From: Candidatus Rokuibacteriota bacterium
Lineage (GTDB): Bacteria; Methylomirabilota; Methylomirabilia; Rokubacteriales; CSP1-6
Length of the DNA: 35,190 nucleotides
Assembly (NCBI GenBank): GCA_016184305.1
Contig: JACPCX010000190.1
Span: 1 to 35,190 of the forward strand
Reading direction: 5' to 3'
Positions 7,827 through 15,904 of the stretch are shown piece after piece; positions within the stretch are counted from its first letter, which is position 1, and every line of letters starts with the position of its first letter. The notes under the pieces are model-generated. The model saw only the letters and a program-made list of their open reading frames with translations. It was not told the origin of the DNA and did no database searches. The translations under genes were made by a program, and so were the position numbers.

Positions 7827-9010
7827 AGACCGGGTGGTCGGTGGCGGTGGCGCTTGCGGTGCTCTCGGCGCTGGCGGCGGGAACGATGGCGCCGGCATCC
7901 GCGCAGAACCCGTTGGTGGTGGGCGCGTCGATCTCCCAGACCGGACGCCTGGCGGTGACGGCCGTGTACGTTCACCAGGCGTACCAGCTCTGGGTGGACG
8001 ACGTGAACGCCAGGGGGGGCCTGTTCGGACGCCAGGTGACGCTCAAGGTCTACGACGACAAGAGCGACCCCGGCACTGGCGTGAAGCTCTACGAGAAGCT
8101 CATCGTCGACGACAAGGTCGATCTCGTCGTTGGCCCCTACTCGACGCCGGTGACGGCGGCGGCGAGCACGGTCACGGAGAAGTACCGGAAGGTGATGGTC
8201 GCCCCCATGGCCGCCGGCGACGCCCTCTGGAAGCGCGGCTACCGCTACCTGATCCAGACGCTCACGCCCTCGAGTCTCTACTACGTCGGCGTCGTGGACA
8301 TCGCCGTCGAGCGGGGTCTCAAGACTCTCGCCCTCTTCTCCGAGGATTCGGAGGCGCTCCGGGTCACGATTCCGGCCGTGATCGACGTCGCGCAGAAGAA
8401 GGGGCTCACGGTCGTCCACAACGAGTACTTCCCCCGCGGGACCACCGACTTCTCGGCGGTCCTCACGCGCATCAAGGCGCTCCGCGCCGACGTGCTGATC
8501 TGCGGGTGCTATGAGCCGGAGTCCGTCCTCTCCGTTCGCCAGTCGAAGGAGCTCGACTACAGCCCGAAGCTCCTCTTCGCCGGCCACGGGGCGGCGGTGC
8601 CCGAGTTCTACAAGGCGCTCGGCAACGACGCCGAGTTCGTGCTGGCGTCCGACCACTGGGACGCGCGCATGAGAACGCCCGGCAACGCCGAGTTCGTCGA
8701 GCGGTTCAAGAAGAAGCACGGCCGCGAGCCGAGCTACCACGCGGCGGGGACCTACGGTGGAATGCAGGTCCTCGAGGCCGCGGCGCGGAAGGCCGGCGCG
8801 CTCGACCAGGACCGGATCCGCCAGGCGCTCGTCGAGCTCGACATCCAGACGGTCTTCGGGCGCTACAAGGTGAACGAGACCGGCGCGCAGGTCGGCAAGA
8901 CCGCCGTCATCGTGCAGTGGCAGGGCGGCAAGAAGGAGATCCTCTGGCCCGGCGACACCGCGACGGGAAGCGCGAGGCTCCCCGCGCCTCCCTGGGCCGA
9001 GCGCCGGTAG
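7823..9010 (+). CDS. ABC transporter substrate-binding protein, LivK/HAAT family
   Basis: Signal peptide, then VGASISQTG, VNARGGLFGRQV.LKVYDDKSDP, VDLVVGPYST. GGAGG RBS. Confidence 0.93.
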   Translation: MKTGWSVAVALAVLSALAAGTMAPASAQNPLVVGASISQTGRLAVTAVYVHQAYQLWVDDVNARGGLFGRQVTLKVYDDKSDPGTGVKLYEKLIVDDKVDLVVGPYSTPVTAAASTVTEKYRKVMVAPMAAGDALWKRGYRYLIQTLTPSSLYYVGVVDIAVERGLKTLALFSEDSEALRVTIPAVIDVAQKKGLTVVHNEYFPRGTTDFSAVLTRIKALRADVLICGCYEPESVLSVRQSKELDYSPKLLFAGHGAAVPEFYKALGNDAEFVLASDHWDARMRTPGNAEFVERFKKKHGREPSYHAAGTYGGMQVLEAAARKAGALDQDRIRQALVELDIQTVFGRYKVNETGAQVGKTAVIVQWQGGKKEILWPGDTATGSARLPAPPWAERR

Positions 9011-9035
9011 CCCGGGGGCGGACGCAGCTTTGGTG

Positions 9036-9908
9036 ATGATGTGGGAGCCCGTGCTCTGGGGGCAGCTCCTCATCAACGGCGTGATGCTGGCCGGACTCTA
9101 CGGTCTCCTCGCCCTCGGCCTGAACCTCGTGTTCGGCGTGATGCGCGTGATCAACTTCGCCCACGGCGAGCTGGTCATGCTGGGGGCCTTCGTCACCTTC
9201 TGGGGCTACACCGCCTTCGGCCTCCACCCCCTGCTGGCGCTGCCGCTCTCGGCGCTCGCGCTCTTCGCCCTCGGGTGGGTCCTCCAGCGCCTGCTGCTGG
9301 AGCGGGTGCTGGGGGGGCCGCCGATGGCGGGGCTGCTCGTCACGTTCGGCCTCTCGCTCGTGGTCATCAACGTCGGTCTCCTCGTCTTCGGCGCCGACAT
9401 CCGCTCGATCCCCGTCGTCACCGGCTCCCTGCCTCTCGGCGGGTTCGTCGTCCCCCGGGCGCGTGGCCTCGCGTTCCTGGTCGCGGTGACGCTGACCGGG
9501 CTGACCGTCGCCTTCCTCAAGTGGAGCGCGCTCGGCCGCGCGATCCGGGCGACGGCCCAGCATCCCGAGGTCGCGATCACCTGCGGCGTGGACGTGCGGC
9601 GCACCCGGCTCGTGACGTTCGGTCTCGGCGCCGCCCTCGGCTCCGCCGCCGGCTCGCTCCTGATGGTGATCCTGCCGATGGACCCCCAGAGCGGGAGCTT
9701 CCTGATCCTCAAGGCGTTCGCGGTCATCATCATCGGCGGCCTCGGGAGCGTGGCGGGAGGCCTCCTCGGCGCCCTGGTGCTCGGCGTCGCCGAGGTGTTC
9801 GGCGCGTTCTTCTTCTCCACCGTCTTCGGCGAGGTGGTGGCCTACGTCCTCCTGCTCCTCGTCCTCCTCGTCCGGCCGGCGGGACTGCTCGGCGTGGCGG
9901 AGCGATGA
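9036..9908 (+). CDS. Branched-chain amino acid-type ABC permease (LivH-like)
   Basis: LYGLLALGLNLVFGVMRVINFAHGE, GRAIRATAQ, KAFAVIIIGGLGS. Exact start uncertain (9030-9039). Confidence 0.93.
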   Translation: MMWEPVLWGQLLINGVMLAGLYGLLALGLNLVFGVMRVINFAHGELVMLGAFVTFWGYTAFGLHPLLALPLSALALFALGWVLQRLLLERVLGGPPMAGLLVTFGLSLVVINVGLLVFGADIRSIPVVTGSLPLGGFVVPRARGLAFLVAVTLTGLTVAFLKWSALGRAIRATAQHPEVAITCGVDVRRTRLVTFGLGAALGSAAGSLLMVILPMDPQSGSFLILKAFAVIIIGGLGSVAGGLLGALVLGVAEVFGAFFFSTVFGEVVAYVLLLLVLLVRPAGLLGVAER

Positions 9909-10784
9909 GCCGCCCCGTCCCCATGACCCACGGGTGGGCGGTGATCCTGCCGGTGGTGGCGGTCGTCGTCACCGCGGCGCCGCTCGTCGCGAACAACTAC
10001 GTGCTCTCGGTCCTCATCCCGCTGCTCGTCTTCACGGCCCTCGCGTACGCCTGGAACATCATCTCCGGCTACACCGGCTATCTCTCCTTCGGCCAGGTGA
10101 CCTTCTTCGGCATCGGCGCCTACACGGCGGCGCTCCTGATCATCCGTCTTCATCTCGCCTGGCCGCGAGAAGGTCGCGTTCGCGTGGGACTCGGTCACCG
10201 ACGGCGGCCGCGGCCTCTACCTGCCGCCCGTCCTCGACCTCCGCACGGTCTACTGGGCCGTGACGCTCGTCACCGCCCTTCTCGTCGGCCTCACGTGGCT
10301 CCTCGACAACTCCCGGTTCGGGCTCACGCTCCTCGCGATCCGCGAGGACGAAGGGGGGGCCGACAACCTCGGGATCAACACGACGCGCGCGAAGCTCCAG
10401 GCGTTCGTGGTGAGCGCGTTCTTCCCCGGCGTCCTGGGCGGGATCTACGCCTGGCACGTGAGCTACATCGACCCGGTGACGGCGTTCGCCACGCAGGTCG
10501 ACCTCACCGCGATCGTCGCGGTGCTCCTCGGCGGGGCGGGGACACTCTGGGGCCCGCTCGTGGGCGGCGTCACCCTCTCGCTCCTGGCCGAGTTCCTGTG
10601 GGCGCGGTTCCCCTTCGTCCACACGGGACTGTTCGGCGGCCTCGTGATCGTGACCGTTCTCTTCCTCCCCAAGGGGCTGGTGGACGCCTTCCGGAGGTGC
10701 GGCTGGATGGCGCCGGGCAGGACGTTCTTGCGCCGCCTCGCCGCGCGCGAGGCGGCGCTTCAGCCGGCCCCGGGGACGCCCTGA
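9905..10784 (+). pseudogene. LivM-like ABC permease disrupted by an internal deletion/frameshift at ~10165
   Basis: The N-half (AWNIISGYTGYLSFGQVTFFGIGAY..AWP) is in one frame and the C-half (EKVAFAWDSVTDGGRGL..SRFGLTLLAIREDE..GGAGTLWGP) is in another. The LRLxGxYFAIxT segment is missing at the junction. Confidence 0.85.
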
Positions 10785-10788
10785 GCCG

Positions 10789-11496
10789 TTGCTCGAGACG
10801 CGTGACCTCGAAAAGCGCTTCGCCGGCCTCCGCGCGGTCAACGGCGCGTCCCTCCGCGTCGAGGCGGGGACGATCACCGCGCTGATCGGCCCGAACGGCT
10901 CGGGCAAGACCACCACCTTCGACCTGATCACCGGCAACGTCCGCCCCGACGCGGGAACAGTCCACTTCGAGGGGCGCGACGTCACCGGGCTTCCCCCGTG
11001 GCAGGTCGCGCGCCTCGGGATCGCTCGCAGCTTCCAGCTCCCGCGGCTCTTCGCCGAGATGACGGTGCTCGAGAACCTGACCGCGGCCGTGCGAGGCGGG
11101 AGCCTCCGCGCCGCCATCCGCCGCGCCCTCGACCTCCTCGGGTTCGTCGGGCTCGACGGGCTCCCTCACGCCCCGGCGGCGAGCCTCTCCTACGGCCAGC
11201 GGAAGCTCGTCGAGCTGGCGCGCGTGCTGATGCTCCGGCCGCGCCTCTGCCTGCTCGACGAGCCGTTCGCGGGCGTGAACCCGACGCTGGCGCGGGCCAT
11301 CGCCGACCGCCTGACCGCGCTGCAGCGTGAGGGGACGACGCTCCTCGTCGTGGACCACGACATGCCGCTCATCATGGGCCTCGCCGAGACCGTCCTCGTC
11401 ATGGACATGGGGCGGGTCATCGCGGCAGGCCGCCCGCAGGACATCCGGGATGACCCCCGGGTGCGCGAGGCCTACTTCGGGACGGCGAAGCATTGA
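10789..11496 (+). CDS. ABC ATP-binding protein (LivG-like)
   Basis: GPNGSGKTT, GIARSFQ, LSYGQRKLVELAR, LLDEP, VREAYFG. Confidence 0.93.
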   Translation: MLETRDLEKRFAGLRAVNGASLRVEAGTITALIGPNGSGKTTTFDLITGNVRPDAGTVHFEGRDVTGLPPWQVARLGIARSFQLPRLFAEMTVLENLTAAVRGGSLRAAIRRALDLLGFVGLDGLPHAPAASLSYGQRKLVELARVLMLRPRLCLLDEPFAGVNPTLARAIADRLTALQREGTTLLVVDHDMPLIMGLAETVLVMDMGRVIAAGRPQDIRDDPRVREAYFGTAKH

Positions 11497-12233
11497 CGCC
11501 CCCGCTCCTCGACGTCCGCGCGCTCGCGACCGGGTACGGAGTGGTCCAGGTCCTTGAGGACGTCTCGGTGCGCGTGGAGGCCGGGGAGATCGTGAGCCTC
11601 ATCGGTCCCAACGGGGCCGGAAAGTCCACCGTGCTGCGGAGCGTGGTGGGGCTGCTGCCGGCGTGGCGCGGCTCGATCATCTTCGCCGGCCGCGACCTCG
11701 CCGGCCGCGCGCCGCACCTCCTGCCGCGCGACGGGCTCGTCTTCGTGCCCCAGGGGCGCGTCGTGTTCCCTCAGATGACGGTGCGGGAGAACCTCGACAT
11801 GGGCGCCTACCTCTTCCGCCGCGACCGCGTGCGCGTGCGCGAGGCGATGGAGTGGGTGCTCGGCCTCTTCCCGCGCCTGCGCGAACGGCTTGGCCAGCTC
11901 GCGGGGACGCTCTCGGGCGGCGAGCAGCAGATGTGCGCGATCGCGCGCGGCCTCATGGCCCGTCCCCGCCTGCTCCTGCTCGACGAGCCGTCGCTCGGGC
12001 TGGCCCCGCGCTTCGTGGATCTCGTGTTCGAGAAGATGGACGCGCTGCGGACGGCCGGCGTGGCGGTGCTGCTGGTCGAGCAGAACGCGGTGCGCGCGCT
12101 CGAGATCGCCGACCGCGCCTACGTCCTCGCGCGCGGCAGCACGTTCTGCGAAGGGACGGGACGGCAGCTCCTCGAAGACGCCGCGGTCCAGGCCCTGTTC
12201 CTCGGAGGCGGGAGACGGGAGGGCTGGTCATGA
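11493..12233 (+). CDS. ABC ATP-binding protein (LivF-like)
   Basis: GPNGAGKST, FPRLRER..QLAGTLSGGEQQM, LDEPSLGLAP, VEQN. Confidence 0.94.
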   Translation: MTPPLLDVRALATGYGVVQVLEDVSVRVEAGEIVSLIGPNGAGKSTVLRSVVGLLPAWRGSIIFAGRDLAGRAPHLLPRDGLVFVPQGRVVFPQMTVRENLDMGAYLFRRDRVRVREAMEWVLGLFPRLRERLGQLAGTLSGGEQQMCAIARGLMARPRLLLLDEPSLGLAPRFVDLVFEKMDALRTAGVAVLLVEQNAVRALEIADRAYVLARGSTFCEGTGRQLLEDAAVQALFLGGGRREGWS

Positions 12234-12369
12234 CGTCCGGCGTGGTCCTGATGCCGCAGCCCCCGCGGTCGGACGGCCCCGTCCGCCGCTTCCGCCGTTG
12301 CGTCCAGCAGGCCGTCGTCGCGCGCGACGCGGGGTTCGACGCCGTGGCGGCCGGTCATCACGACCTGTC
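12230..12369 (+). pseudogene. N-terminal stub of an LLM-class flavin-dependent oxidoreductase (luciferase-like)
   Basis: ATGA overlap with livF. MTSGVVLMPQPP...RFRRCVQQAVVARDAGFDAVAAGHHDLS resembles the LLM motif A+.AE..GFD.vw.gEHH. Similarity stops where repeat copy 2 begins. Confidence 0.7.
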
Positions 12370-12461
12370 ACCTCTACGGGGTGAACGAGCAGGTGACCTT
12401 CCAGGCGCTGTCCTCGGAGCAGATCGCGAGCGTCGGACTGTCGCTGAGAACCGCCAAGTAA
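12370..12461 (+). repeat. Direct repeat, copy 2 (degenerate 3' end of the SBP gene)
   Basis: Translates LYGVNEQVTFQALSSEQIASVGLSLRTAK*, versus LYGVNKRVTFQALSSEQIIGAWLSLKDAK* at 560-649. Confidence 0.95.
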
Positions 12462-12599
12462 CGCGCGGCTCCGCTGGGCCGGGGCCTTGTGCCGGCGATC
12501 GCCGGCCCGCCGCGCGGCGCTCCGGCAGGCCACGCGTCCCGGAGGGCGTCCTTGCCCCCGGCGCCGCCGGCGGGGCCGAGCGCGGCAGCCGGGTACGCG

Positions 12600-13511
12600 C
12601 TACCGGAGCCGCCTCACCGGATTCCTGAGCCTGCCGATCCGCTCCAGATCGATCTCGACGACATCGCCCTCATCGAGGGCGTGCTCGTCGGGGACCAGGA
12701 TGCCGGTGCCCGTCGAGAGCACCGTGCCCGGCGGCACGGGGTTGTGGCGGCGGAGCCAGCCGACGAGGTCGTCGCACCGTCGCTTCATCTCCCGCGTGTT
12801 CACCCGTCCCTCGAACGACAGGCTCCCGTTGCGAAAGATACGGCAGGTGAGATCCAGGCCCTGGGCGTCGCCGACCTCGCTCGGCGTTGCGAGCACCGGC
12901 CCGAAAGCAAAGCAGCCGCCAAAGACCTTGGACTGCGGCAGGAAGAGCGGGTTCTCGCGCTCGATGTCCCAGGCCGAGACGTCGTTGGCGGCGGCGTAGC
13001 CGACGATCCGGCCGTCGCGCGCCACCACCACGGCCAGCTCCGCCTCGACCGCCGTGAGCCGGGAGTCCGCGCGGACGCCGATGGGGGCATTCGGGCCCAC
13101 GGTGCGCGAGGCGGTCGCCTTGAAGAACAGCTCGGGACGCTCCGATTCGTACACGTAGTCGTAGATGCCCTTCGTCCTGCCGTGCTCGCCGGTGTGCGCC
13201 TCGTAGTACTGCATGCTGCGCCGGTACGTGATGCCGGCGCCCCACACCTCCGGCGGATGGAGCGGCGCGAGCAGGTGCGCGCGGCGCGGGGACGGCGGGC
13301 GGTCGAGCTCGCCCCATGGGATGCGTGTCCGGGCGCGCCGCGCGATCTCCCGCGCGCGCCTCTCGATGCCTGCGGCCGTGCCACCGCTCTCGATGAGGGC
13401 AAGGACCGACCCGGCCCCGGCCTTCGGCGACGTGATGTCCAGGACGTCGTCGCCTTCGACGACGCCGACACGGGTGCCCTTCCCGGGCACGTGGAACTGG
13501 CAGAGCTTCAT
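12600..13511 (-). CDS. Fumarylacetoacetate hydrolase family protein (KdaD/XylX-like 2-keto-3-deoxy-pentonate dehydratase subgroup)
   Basis: EVWGAGITY..S, Y..VY.SERPELFFKA, EAEL, NDVSAWDIERENPLFLPQSK, LSTGTG. ATG 13511 (MKLCQF). Confidence 0.88.
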   Translation of the reverse strand: MKLCQFHVPGKGTRVGVVEGDDVLDITSPKAGAGSVLALIESGGTAAGIERRAREIARRARTRIPWGELDRPPSPRRAHLLAPLHPPEVWGAGITYRRSMQYYEAHTGEHGRTKGIYDYVYESERPELFFKATASRTVGPNAPIGVRADSRLTAVEAELAVVVARDGRIVGYAAANDVSAWDIERENPLFLPQSKVFGGCFAFGPVLATPSEVGDAQGLDLTCRIFRNGSLSFEGRVNTREMKRRCDDLVGWLRRHNPVPPGTVLSTGTGILVPDEHALDEGDVVEIDLERIGRLRNPVRRLR

Positions 13512-13962
13512 GGCTGGCTCACGTGGAGCCGCTCCGGTGCCGATCGAGATGCCAGGCCCACCGCCGGCACGCAGTCCGTCCGGGGCGCAGCGCAGTGGCA
13601 TCCCTGCAACATCAGCTGCCGGGCTGGATCGAGCTCCGGCGTCCCCATGAGGTCCCCCTCCGCTTGGACAGCTGGGACAGCGTGACATCGACGACACGTC
13701 GTGACGCCGCTGCCGTGCTTGATCGCGAGCATACGGGGGATCGTGTCTCGAAATCAACGTGATGTGCGACGGTGATGGGGTCACCAGCTCGGATCTCCAG
13801 CTCGTCACCTGCACGAACCGCCCCAAGCCGATGTAGCCATTCGAGCCGGCTCGGCCGTGAGCGTCTGGCCGATGATCGGGCTGGAGGCGGGTGCCACGCC
13901 GGCGGAGCGGAGGGTCTTGCCCTGCGCCTGCCTGATGGCGCGCCACACGCCGGGGACGCCCC

Positions 13963-13991
13963 TTGACGTCCACCGCGTCCGCGGCTAAGGT
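13963..13991 (+). promoter_or_regulatory. Putative sigma70 promoter for the decarboxylase pair
   Basis: TTGACG-17 nt-TAAGGT, followed by GAGGAGG and ATG 14017. Confidence 0.55.
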
Positions 13992-14016
13992 GCCCGGGGA
14001 GAGGAGGGGCCCACCG

Positions 14017-14532
14017 ATGGCAGACGCGAGCTGGTCGAAACACATGGCGGATGTGCTGCGCCGCAACGGGATCCGGCTGTTCGCGACAGTCCCCGACTAC
14101 ATCGTGACCCAGGTGCTCGAGCACCTCCAGGGCGATGCCGAGTGCCGGGTGGTCACCGTGTGCCGTGAGGAGGAGGGGCTCGGCCTTCTCTCGGGCGCCT
14201 TCATGGCCGGCCAGCGGGGGGCCCTCATCATGCAGAACAGCGGGCTCGGGAACTGCGTGAACACACTCGGCTCCCTGAACGTGGCCAGCCAGATCCCGGT
14301 AGTGCTGGTCATGAGCCATCGAGGGGATCTCGGCGAGTTCAACCCCGCCCAGGTCCCGGTCGGACAGGCGGCGGTGCGCATCCTCGACGCCCTCGACGTC
14401 CGCCACGTCATGCCGCGCTCGATCCCCGATCTCGAGGCGCAGGCCGACGGACTGATCAAGCTGGGCTACACGCGGTCGCTCCCGGTGGCCTTCATCCTGC
14501 CGGCGGAGCTGACGGGAGGGAAGCTCGGATGA
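14017..14532 (+). CDS. Sulfopyruvate/phosphonopyruvate decarboxylase alpha subunit-like (ComD-like, TPP PYR domain)
   Basis: TVPD, REEEGLGLLSGA, MQNSGLGNCVN.L.SL, SHRG..GE.NPAQVP.G. Confidence 0.85.
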   Translation: MADASWSKHMADVLRRNGIRLFATVPDYIVTQVLEHLQGDAECRVVTVCREEEGLGLLSGAFMAGQRGALIMQNSGLGNCVNTLGSLNVASQIPVVLVMSHRGDLGEFNPAQVPVGQAAVRILDALDVRHVMPRSIPDLEAQADGLIKLGYTRSLPVAFILPAELTGGKLG

Positions 14533-15122
14533 GCGCCGCCGTGAGCCGGGCGACGGCGACGAGACTGCTGTCCGAGCGCCTCACCAACGAGGTCGTCGTC
14601 TCGAACCTCGGCCAGGCGACGCTCGAGCTCCAGCGCCTGGCCGACCGACCGCTCAATTGCTACACCTTCGGTTCCATGGGACAGTGCTCGTCGATCGGGC
14701 TCGGCATCGCGCTGGCGCGGTCCGACGTGCGGGTCATCTGCCTCGACGGCGACGGCTCGCTCCTCATGAACCTCGGATCGCTGTGCACCATCGCCACGAC
14801 GGCCCCCAAAAACTACGCCCTGGTGATCTGGGACAACGAGGTCCATCAGACGACGGGCGGTCAGCCGACGGCCACGGCGGTCCGGTCGAGCCTGGCCGGC
14901 ATGGCGCGCGGCGCCGGCGTGGAGAAGGCGCTGGAGGCGCGGACGGAGGGCGAGCTCTGCCACGCCTACGATCGCATCTTCGCCGAGGACGGGCCCTTCG
15001 TGGTGAGCGTCAAGACGGAGAAGGGCCGGGCCGAGGGCACGCTCGATCGGGACGTCGTCGGCTACACGCGCCGCTTCATGCGAGCGCTCGCCGCCCTCCC
15101 GTCGCCGCCCGCGCTCCGGTAG
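14529..15122 (+). CDS. Sulfopyruvate/phosphonopyruvate decarboxylase beta subunit-like (ComE-like)
   Basis: GSMG....IGLGIALA, TPP motif DGDGSLLMNLG...DN, TGGQPT. ATGA overlap with the alpha subunit. Confidence 0.87.
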   Translation: MSAAVSRATATRLLSERLTNEVVVSNLGQATLELQRLADRPLNCYTFGSMGQCSSIGLGIALARSDVRVICLDGDGSLLMNLGSLCTIATTAPKNYALVIWDNEVHQTTGGQPTATAVRSSLAGMARGAGVEKALEARTEGELCHAYDRIFAEDGPFVVSVKTEKGRAEGTLDRDVVGYTRRFMRALAALPSPPALR

Positions 15123-15256
15123 TCCGGGCGATCGGCGCGCGCCCTCGGCGCTGAGCCGTGCCTGCAGGAGCACGGAGGCCGTGCAGATCCAGAGGAGCCC
15201 GGGACCGTGTCGGGCCGCGACGACGGGACCGAGGAGCCACTCGCCGGCGCCCATCG

Positions 15257-15838
15257 CTACGGGCGCCTGGTCATCGTGCCGAAGACAGCCAGCGCGAGCC
15301 AGGCCGCCGGGACGGAGAGCCACAGGCCGCCGCTGGGCGCGCCGGTTGTCACGTTGAGCGCCAGGAGCGCCGTCCCCCCCGCCGCGGCGATCCACAGAAG
15401 CACCCACGCCAGCGTGTCGAGCGCCTGTCCGAGTCCCCGGTGAACGAGCCAGAGCATGGCGGCTGCGCTCGAGGAGTCGAGCGCGAAGTCCGCGGCGCTG
15501 CCTTCCCGGTCCCCCGTGGTCGCCTGGTGGGCCTCGTCGAGGAAGGCCGTGAGGACCGACAGGACAAGCGCGCGGCGCCAGCCTGCCAGGGCCCATGCCC
15601 AGAGGAAGGCGAGGAGCCCGTACTCCGTGACGTGGGCGGCCTTCCGGATCAGGCCGTGGAGGGCCTCGAAGGTGTCGGGAGTCATCCAGGGGAGCAGAGC
15701 CGCCACCCACGGCAGCGCGGCGGACCGGGTGACCGTGGCGCTCCACGCGTCGCTCGAGAACCAGGCGATCAGCGCGGTCCAGCAGAGCGGCGCGAGCAGA
15801 CGGACGGCACGCGGTCTCTCCCTCACAGTACAAGCCAT
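15257..15838 (-). CDS. VanZ family membrane protein
   Basis: LIAWFSS, IRKAAHVTEYGLL, AFLDEAHQ....REGS..DFALD. Start uncertain (15838 or 15826). Confidence 0.85.
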   Translation of the reverse strand: MACTVRERPRAVRLLAPLCWTALIAWFSSDAWSATVTRSAALPWVAALLPWMTPDTFEALHGLIRKAAHVTEYGLLAFLWAWALAGWRRALVLSVLTAFLDEAHQATTGDREGSAADFALDSSSAAAMLWLVHRGLGQALDTLAWVLLWIAAAGGTALLALNVTTGAPSGGLWLSVPAAWLALAVFGTMTRRP

Positions 15839-15861
15839 ACCATCGGGAGCGCGAGCGGCGG

Positions 15862-15899
15862 TGTCAAAGTTGACAAGCCCTGACCGCTAAACATAGGAT
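15862..15899. promoter_or_regulatory. Divergent promoter region with back-to-back TTGACA hexamers
   Basis: TGTCAA-AG-TTGACA (15862-15875). On the plus strand, TTGACA-18 nt-TAGGAT precedes ATG 15905. Confidence 0.5.
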
Positions 15900-15904
15900 G
15901 AGCC

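Noticed and set aside
13512..14066. 185-aa N-terminal extension of the FAH protein given by the ORF track
   Set aside because: Low-complexity, non-homologous sequence that overlaps the divergent gene's start and promoter. FAH homology starts at MKLCQF (13511).
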